From IMG/VR virus record IMGVR_UViG_3300027608_000025: a DNA stretch of 64,000 bases, one strand, 5' to 3'. The DNA comes from an uncultured virus (IMG/VR IMGVR_UViG_3300027608_000025). Lineage: Duplodnaviria > Heunggongvirae > Uroviricota > Caudoviricetes. Below the pieces are notes generated by a model. The model had not been told where the DNA came from. It saw only the letters and a list, made by a program, of their open reading frames with translations, and ran no database searches. Shown piece after piece: positions 59,301-64,000 of the stretch. How positions within the stretch are numbered: the stretch's first letter is position 1; every line of letters begins with the position of its first letter. Position numbers and translations under genes: made by a program.

Positions 59301-59766
59301 TATTGACGCTGCCACAGGTGAATTCCAAACTGTAGCTCTAAACGAAGGACAGCGTGATACATTGTATGATCTTAAGATCAATCCAATTCCATTCTTCAAC
59401 GGAATAGGATTAGTAGCACACGGACAAAAGACTCGCGCAAGAAACGCTTCAGCATTGGATCGTATCAATGTAGCACGTTTAGTGGTATATCTACGCAGCC
59501 AGTTGAACAAGCTAGCTCGTCCGTATATCTTTGAACCCAATGATAAAATCACACGTGATGAAATCAAACAAGCTGTAGATAGTCTATTGTTAGAACTAGT
59601 AGGACTAAGAGCACTCTACGACTTTGCGGTTGTCTGTGACGAAAGCAACAACACACCTGCAAGGATAGATCGCAACGAACTGTATGTTGATATTGCAATT
59701 GAACCCGTGAAGGCGATTGAGTTCATTTACATTCCGTTACGTGTCAAGAACACAGGAGAAATTTAA
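56302..59766 (+). CDS. gp18: Tail sheath protein with large insertions
   Basis: MALQSPGVQVTVIDES N-terminus; FPWFAPAG..RG, RDTLY..KINPI, LDRINVARL, FEPND..TR, CDESNNTP. TAAATA at 56265-56270. Confidence 0.93.
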   Translation: MALQSPGVQVTVIDESFYTPAEPGTTPLIVVATAQDKTNGAGTGTALGTTAANAGKAFKITSQRELTETFGVPFFEKTASATPVHGSERNEYGLLTAYSLLGVSNAAFIVRADVDLDELEAQTDAPGANPTNGQWWIDTQATTWGIQEWNGAAATVAGGQKFTYKVPIVLTDADYPSKIVLNGNAPKEGVGKIGDYAVVFRTVEGDTSFGAEEEYARIYYKSPGAPASAGGNVAAVDAGEWVLVGSNEWQSSWPTVSGTAVNTSVTYDFYINNSLVTGTGTITQVASAINSGSIEGVSAQAISGRLYIYSNGETSATDDSTGADGRIVIAVGTSPLSNVGLTAGTYLNPRLAQQPHTSIPAFKLADNAGTVGGAATGSVWVKTTEPNNGARLRAKRWSSATLSWVSYEAPIYDTTSAALYYLDRSGGGAGIAEDALFTQSNAKETSGLDTTPATATFRLWRRNIAVGSATSITSNIIKNGTLGSSGTKTFTISESLKTTLALDTAKTITFTAVNTSADAELMAAAINAAGFTNIVASVTAVSLTSNRLIISHTLGGDFRLVDTVSTAVASMFTAYNIDTLAGTENFYAAESAVGGYLASGWKPLAASDPRFAASPDAPLNEPQDGQLWYNPNFSEVDLMVHNGNTWVGYRHSTAPYYEAATATLRNGYLPIVSASNPYKASVTANGDIWISTADLENYPTIYRYNTNLSDVPDLAQRWELVDKADDTTEEGVLFADARWNTAGTSTVASTIEDLITNNFLDPDAPDPALYPKGMLLWNLRRSGGNVKQYQNSYIDTTADNPRTSAATLAGSAFVSGSGESMETYATDRWTTASGNNEDGSGSFGRKAQRKVVTQALKSVVDTSQEIRDEERRNFNIIAAPGYPELLSNLVNLNIDRGVTAFVVGDTPLRLPSDATSLTTWGTNANLVTDNGDDGVVTYDEYLAVYYPNGFTTDLSGSPAVVPASHMMLKTITLSDNVSFPWFAPAGTRRGGITNATAVGYIDAATGEFQTVALNEGQRDTLYDLKINPIPFFNGIGLVAHGQKTRARNASALDRINVARLVVYLRSQLNKLARPYIFEPNDKITRDEIKQAVDSLLLELVGLRALYDFAVVCDESNNTPARIDRNELYVDIAIEPVKAIEFIYIPLRVKNTGEI

Positions 59767-59768
59767 AA

Positions 59769-60419
59769 ATGGCAATTACATCACTGAATAATTTAGGTAT
59801 TCCAACAACTAACGCAGCTGGCAGCACACAAGTGCTGTTGATGCCTAAATTAAAATATCGCTTTAGGGTTACATTGTTGGGTTTTGGAGTTGCCGCTGCC
59901 ACAGAACTTACCAAGCAGGTACAGGACGTGACTAGACCCAAGGTGTCATTTGAAGAAATGACCTTAGACATCTATAATTCCAAAGTCAAACTGGCCGGAA
60001 GATATACCCTGGAAAATATTACATTGACCTTACGTGATGATGCCAGCGGTCAAGTGCAAAAACTTGTGGGACAACAGATCCAGAAACAATACGATTTCAT
60101 GGAACAGGCATCTGCTCGTTCAGGTATCGACTATAAATTTACCACACGCATTGAAGTCTTAGACGGTGGTAACGGCGCTTTGGTTCCTTCAACTCTAGAA
60201 ACATTCGAACTATATGGATGCTTTGTTCAGAACGCAGACTACGGTGATGCCAACTATTCTACCAATGAACATATGACGGTGGCATTGACGCTCGCCTACG
60301 ATAATTTGGTTCAGTTCGCAGCAGGCGCAGCATCTACTAGCCCGATTGGTGGTATTGGTGCAGCAGTAGGACGCTCTCTTGGTGCAGCCGTAACTGGTGC
60401 ATCAACTACACAGGGTTAA
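59769..60419 (+). CDS. gp19: Tail tube protein
   Basis: Directly after the sheath gene. PKLKYRFRV, V.RP, KLAG, ELYGCF, L.YDN. Confidence 0.85.
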   Translation: MAITSLNNLGIPTTNAAGSTQVLLMPKLKYRFRVTLLGFGVAAATELTKQVQDVTRPKVSFEEMTLDIYNSKVKLAGRYTLENITLTLRDDASGQVQKLVGQQIQKQYDFMEQASARSGIDYKFTTRIEVLDGGNGALVPSTLETFELYGCFVQNADYGDANYSTNEHMTVALTLAYDNLVQFAAGAASTSPIGGIGAAVGRSLGAAVTGASTTQG

Positions 60420-60436
60420 TTGAACCTATAATCAAG

Positions 60437-60463
60437 AAAAGCTCGATTATTCGAGCTTTTTTT
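60437..60463 (+). terminator. Rho-independent terminator after the tail tube gene
   Basis: AAAAGCTCGA-TTAT-TCGAGCTTTTTTT. Confidence 0.88.
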
Positions 60464-60480
60464 GTGACATAAATATTTGT

Positions 60481-61584
60481 ATGGCAAACTATTTTACAAG
60501 ATTTCTCACTGGTGTCGGCGAAGGTTTATTAACTCCTAAAGGTCAGAGCGCAAACTGGCGCCATGCCACCAAGTTGTTCATAGATGGCAACATGCGGCTG
60601 GCTCCTCGCACCAAGTTCAACTACTATGTGAGATTTGATCTAGACAAAAGTGTGGTGCGTGTTCCTGCATTTACACAAAAACATCATGAAGAAATTGGCC
60701 TGCTAGTCAAAACAGTAGAACTACCTAAGTATAATTTTGATAGTGTGGTAAAAAATCAGTATAATAGAAAAAAATTAGTCTATAAGAATTTCAATTACGA
60801 CCCTGTGTCCATAACCATGCACGATGATGCTACGGGAGTTATCAATGCGATGTGGGCTGTATATTATGGATATTATATTGCTGATAGACAATTGCCAGAA
60901 TCGGCCTATTCTGAAACCAAATATCGTGCGGCTGATACTCCTAAAGACAATTTCCGATACGGTATGGACAACGATGTCACTGCTGGATTTTTTAAATCAG
61001 TTAGCATTTATACCATGGCACGCAGAAGATTTTTAGGATACACTTTGATTAATCCAAGAATCAAATCATGGAATCACGGTAACATGGATTATGCAGCTAG
61101 TGAATTTGCAGAAAGTACCATGACTTTGGAATATGAATCAGTTAAATATTCAGCGGGACAGGTATCATTTAATAATCCCAAAGGATTCGCTACACTTCAC
61201 TATGATTCTATGCCAAGCCCTATATCAGTGGCAGGTGGCGGCGTTGCTACACTAACCGGCGAAGGCGGTGTCCTAGACGGGCTAGAGCAGATATTCGGAA
61301 ATATCGGCTCCGGTGCTGCGTTCGACAGCAAAGGAGGGTTTCTCAGCACTGCCATTGCATCAATAAACACCTACAAGAATTTTAAATCTCTAACACCGGC
61401 ACAGTTGAAATCAGAAGCCATCAATATACTCAGCGATCCAGGAAATATCTCATCAGCTATATCTACAGTAGGTGGAGTTATAGGTGCGGCATTTCCAAAG
61501 AGTGCGACACCGACGCCATCTACCACAGCTACTCAACGACCGTTGGTAGGAGACTTCCCCCCAGCACCAGGAAATCAAGCATAA
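60481..61584 (+). CDS. Tail-tube-like baseplate initiator protein (gp54-like)
   Basis: LVK.VELPKY....KNQYNRK.....NYDPVSITMHDD, LINPRI.SW.H..MDY, a tube-fold paralogue. Confidence 0.65.
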   Translation: MANYFTRFLTGVGEGLLTPKGQSANWRHATKLFIDGNMRLAPRTKFNYYVRFDLDKSVVRVPAFTQKHHEEIGLLVKTVELPKYNFDSVVKNQYNRKKLVYKNFNYDPVSITMHDDATGVINAMWAVYYGYYIADRQLPESAYSETKYRAADTPKDNFRYGMDNDVTAGFFKSVSIYTMARRRFLGYTLINPRIKSWNHGNMDYAASEFAESTMTLEYESVKYSAGQVSFNNPKGFATLHYDSMPSPISVAGGGVATLTGEGGVLDGLEQIFGNIGSGAAFDSKGGFLSTAIASINTYKNFKSLTPAQLKSEAINILSDPGNISSAISTVGGVIGAAFPKSATPTPSTTATQRPLVGDFPPAPGNQA

Positions 61585-61585
61585 C

Positions 61586-61951
61586 ATGGCTACCAATCTA
61601 CCCTCATTTGAAATCCAAGACAGTGCCGCAGGTACCAAGCTGTATTTTGACACCTACGGTGAAGCTGCGCTGGAGTTCGCAGCCAACGACGTCACAGCCG
61701 CTGTGAGCTTTTTCACTGCCGCAGGTTTTGACTCAGATGCAGCTGCCACTGTGGCTATGACACTGCTGCGCCAGGCTAAGATTGATGCTACTCCTATCTC
61801 ACAGATCTTAGATACGCTTACCGGGACGAACAAAAACAAACTCAGCCAATTAGTTGGAGAGATACTGAACAATAATCGTGTGCCAACCAGCCTTCTGGGG
61901 TTTAGAACCGCAGATGTCAAACCTGCCCAGATCAGAAACATAGCTGCATAA
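61586..61951 (+). CDS. Hypothetical protein
   Basis: 121 aa in the operon. Confidence 0.6.
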   Translation: MATNLPSFEIQDSAAGTKLYFDTYGEAALEFAANDVTAAVSFFTAAGFDSDAAATVAMTLLRQAKIDATPISQILDTLTGTNKNKLSQLVGEILNNNRVPTSLLGFRTADVKPAQIRNIAA

Positions 61952-62391
61952 TGGGCAAATTCGCACAGGGTAGATTTGAAATGAAAAATCCTGCCAAGTA
62001 CGTAGGATTAAAAACTCCGTTGGCTCGCAGCTCATGGGAATTCGTGTTCATGCGGATGTTGGATGAACACCCAGGCGTACAGAATTGGGCCTCAGAAAGC
62101 ATCAAGATACCCTATAGAGATCCCCTGACTGGTCGCAGTACCATATATGTGCCAGATTTTTTTATCGTGTATCAAGATAAGAATGGTGCTAAACACGCAG
62201 AAGTTGTAGAAGTTAAACCTTCTAATCACACATTTAGAGAAGCTGTGGGCAGAAGCCAATATAATCAACAGCAGTATGTGAAAAACATGGCCAAATGGGA
62301 AGCTGCTAACGCTTGGTGCAAACAGCAGAACATAAAATTTAGGGTGATAAACGAAACAGACATTTTCCATCAAGGCACAAAACGAAGATAA
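61951..62391 (+). CDS. gp4: Head completion nuclease, T4 gp4-like (TnsA-like fold)
   Basis: NPAKY.G, RSSWE, WASE...IPY, YVPDF, VEVKP, N.AKWEAA, F.VI.E. Confidence 0.85.
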   Translation: MGKFAQGRFEMKNPAKYVGLKTPLARSSWEFVFMRMLDEHPGVQNWASESIKIPYRDPLTGRSTIYVPDFFIVYQDKNGAKHAEVVEVKPSNHTFREAVGRSQYNQQQYVKNMAKWEAANAWCKQQNIKFRVINETDIFHQGTKRR

Positions 62392-62398
62392 GTATGAT

Positions 62399-62875
62399 AT
62401 GACCAAAAGACTTGAAGAATTGTTAAATCTAGAAACCACAGAACACACGGCAGCAACGCCAGTTGAAGCACCTACACATGAACAGGTACAGAGCCTGGAT
62501 GACAGCTATCGCAGAGTGGCCGAAATCACTAGAGGACTGCCGCAGATCAAAGAGCTCGATGAGTTAGATGATAGAGAACTAGACGAGCTGGCTAAAAAAG
62601 CAGAAGCTGCATATGATGATCTAATGGATCTTGGTATGAACGTAGAAGTTAGATATGCAGGGCGTATCTTTGAAGTAGCTGCTAGCATGATGGGCAACGC
62701 TATCACTGCTAAAACCAATAAGATAGATAAAAAACTCAAGAGCGTAGATCTACAACTAAAGAAGCTGAAAATAGACAATGACGCAGGTAATGAACAAGAC
62801 GGTGTCATCAACGGTGCTGCCTATGTGATCACAGACCGCAACGAGCTGCTGAAAAAATTAAGCGGAAAAGCATAA
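62399..62875 (+). CDS. Probable small terminase subunit (gp16-like)
   Basis: 158 aa, helical, with RIFEVA..M and a C-terminal DRNELLK.L. Follows gp4. Confidence 0.5.
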   Translation: MTKRLEELLNLETTEHTAATPVEAPTHEQVQSLDDSYRRVAEITRGLPQIKELDELDDRELDELAKKAEAAYDDLMDLGMNVEVRYAGRIFEVAASMMGNAITAKTNKIDKKLKSVDLQLKKLKIDNDAGNEQDGVINGAAYVITDRNELLKKLSGKA

Positions 62876-62883
62876 ATACAAGT

Positions 62884-63450
62884 ATGAAAACTTTTAAAGA
62901 ATATCTCACTGAAAACAAAAAAATCTACAGCTTCAAGGTCAAAGTTGCTGGCGACATTCCTGAGAATTTTCAGGAAAGTCTCAAGACCAAACTAGAACGC
63001 TGCAAGGTCGTGACCTTTGAAAAGATGAGCACAACACCTATACAGAAGTTTCCGCTGGATTTTCCAAACAAAAGCAACATGGAAGTCACTGTGTTTGAAG
63101 TTGTTACAGAATATCCGGTAACTCCTCCAGAAATTGCTGTTATGATCAAGGGCTCCGGAATCACTGAAGACTGTTTTCGTGTACGCGGCAGCGGCGAACC
63201 TACAGAAATGGATCAGCTGCTCATGGACAATGAGCCCACAGGTGATGCACTGTTAGATGAACAGGACATGGACAAAAGCACAGGAAAAATCAAACACAAA
63301 GATTATTTCGGAGATGATTTCAACAAGAGTTTCTTAAAAGATTTAACTAAAGCTGCCAAAGATCGCAAGAAGGATGGCATCAACGTGGAATACAAACTGC
63401 CTAAGGGCAAACAAGACAAAGCAGGTGCTAAAAGCGCCCTAGGGAGTTAA
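62884..63450 (+). CDS. Hypothetical protein with a capsid-targeting-like N-terminus
   Basis: MKTFKEYLTE start, 5 nt after TAAATA 62873-62878. Confidence 0.65.
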   Translation: MKTFKEYLTENKKIYSFKVKVAGDIPENFQESLKTKLERCKVVTFEKMSTTPIQKFPLDFPNKSNMEVTVFEVVTEYPVTPPEIAVMIKGSGITEDCFRVRGSGEPTEMDQLLMDNEPTGDALLDEQDMDKSTGKIKHKDYFGDDFNKSFLKDLTKAAKDRKKDGINVEYKLPKGKQDKAGAKSALGS

Positions 63451-63453
63451 TAC

Positions 63454-64000
63454 ATGGATTTCAATCAATTAATGGCACGCATGCGTGAACTGGATCAACC
63501 CACAAATGAGGGAGGTTGCGGCATGGATTCGCCAATGGCACCGCCTATGTCTCCGCCCATGAGCATGACTCCGCCAAAACCAGACACACCACCACCTACA
63601 ATGAGCATCAATCTAAATGCCCAAGGCATGGACAACATCGAGTCATTGATGAAATTAGTGACGAAAGTGAATCCAAGCATGGATAAACCGATGATGCCAC
63701 CGAGTATCAGTATTGAGCCTATGGACAAACCAGCAGGCATGCCTCCAATGGGCGGTCTTGGAGACCTAGACCGAGGTCCTTTAAAAATGCTGCCAGATCT
63801 AGACGCAGACAACGATGATATGCCAGGCGGTGAAATGGACAGTGACTATGATGACAGCGGAGATCTAGATGCACATGAAAAAGATCACGCTGATGAAAAA
63901 CCATTGATCAAAACTCTAGACCGTGATGACGACGGCGATCATGACATGGACGATCATGACGCAGAGAAAAAAGAAAAAGATGAAGCGTTCGGCAACAGTG
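63454..64000 (+). CDS. Pro/Met/Asp-rich protein, truncated by the window end
   Basis: ATG 63454 after GGGAG. Reads MDFNQLMARMRELDQPTNEGGCGMDSP...LDRDDDGDHDMDDHD and is open to the window end. Confidence 0.65.
   Translation, partial: MDFNQLMARMRELDQPTNEGGCGMDSPMAPPMSPPMSMTPPKPDTPPPTMSINLNAQGMDNIESLMKLVTKVNPSMDKPMMPPSISIEPMDKPAGMPPMGGLGDLDRGPLKMLPDLDADNDDMPGGEMDSDYDDSGDLDAHEKDHADEKPLIKTLDRDDDGDHDMDDHDAEKKEKDEAFGNS

Noticed and set aside
1..64000. Stop-codon reassignment (alternative genetic code)
   Set aside because: Core genes are full length in code 11, and TAA, TGA and TAG all terminate genes.

Overview
This window is 64 kb of a large T4-like (contractile-tailed) bacteriophage genome. It covers most of the virion morphogenesis region and uses the standard genetic code. 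From left to right it holds: baseplate genes (minus strand); a gp55-like late sigma factor, gp47/gp46 (Mre11/Rad50-like) and a short GIY-YIG nuclease; a ~450-nt highly self-complementary non-coding region; a gp26/gp51-like chaperone pair; tape measure; portal, prohead protease, scaffold and major capsid genes; a long run of virion/fibre genes including two giant paralogues (1870 and 2426 aa); an array of nine short His-rich paralogues with two chaperone-like genes; a flavin-dependent halogenase and a 2OG-Fe(II) oxygenase; neck gp13/14/15, dNMP kinase, sheath, tube, gp4 and a probable small terminase. The most notable signals are (1) the structured RNA candidate with a pseudoknot directly behind the catalytic-domain-only GIY-YIG gene, (2) a -1 slippery site joining the gp26-like and gp51-like ORFs, (3) many TAAATA late promoters 4-5 nt before an ATG, implying leaderless late mRNAs, (4) the nine-gene paralogue cassette, and (5) proteins with N-termini resembling the T4 capsid-targeting sequence. 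All protein assignments come from motif recognition and gene order, not database searches. I saw no tRNA, rRNA, CRISPR array, reverse transcriptase or integrase.
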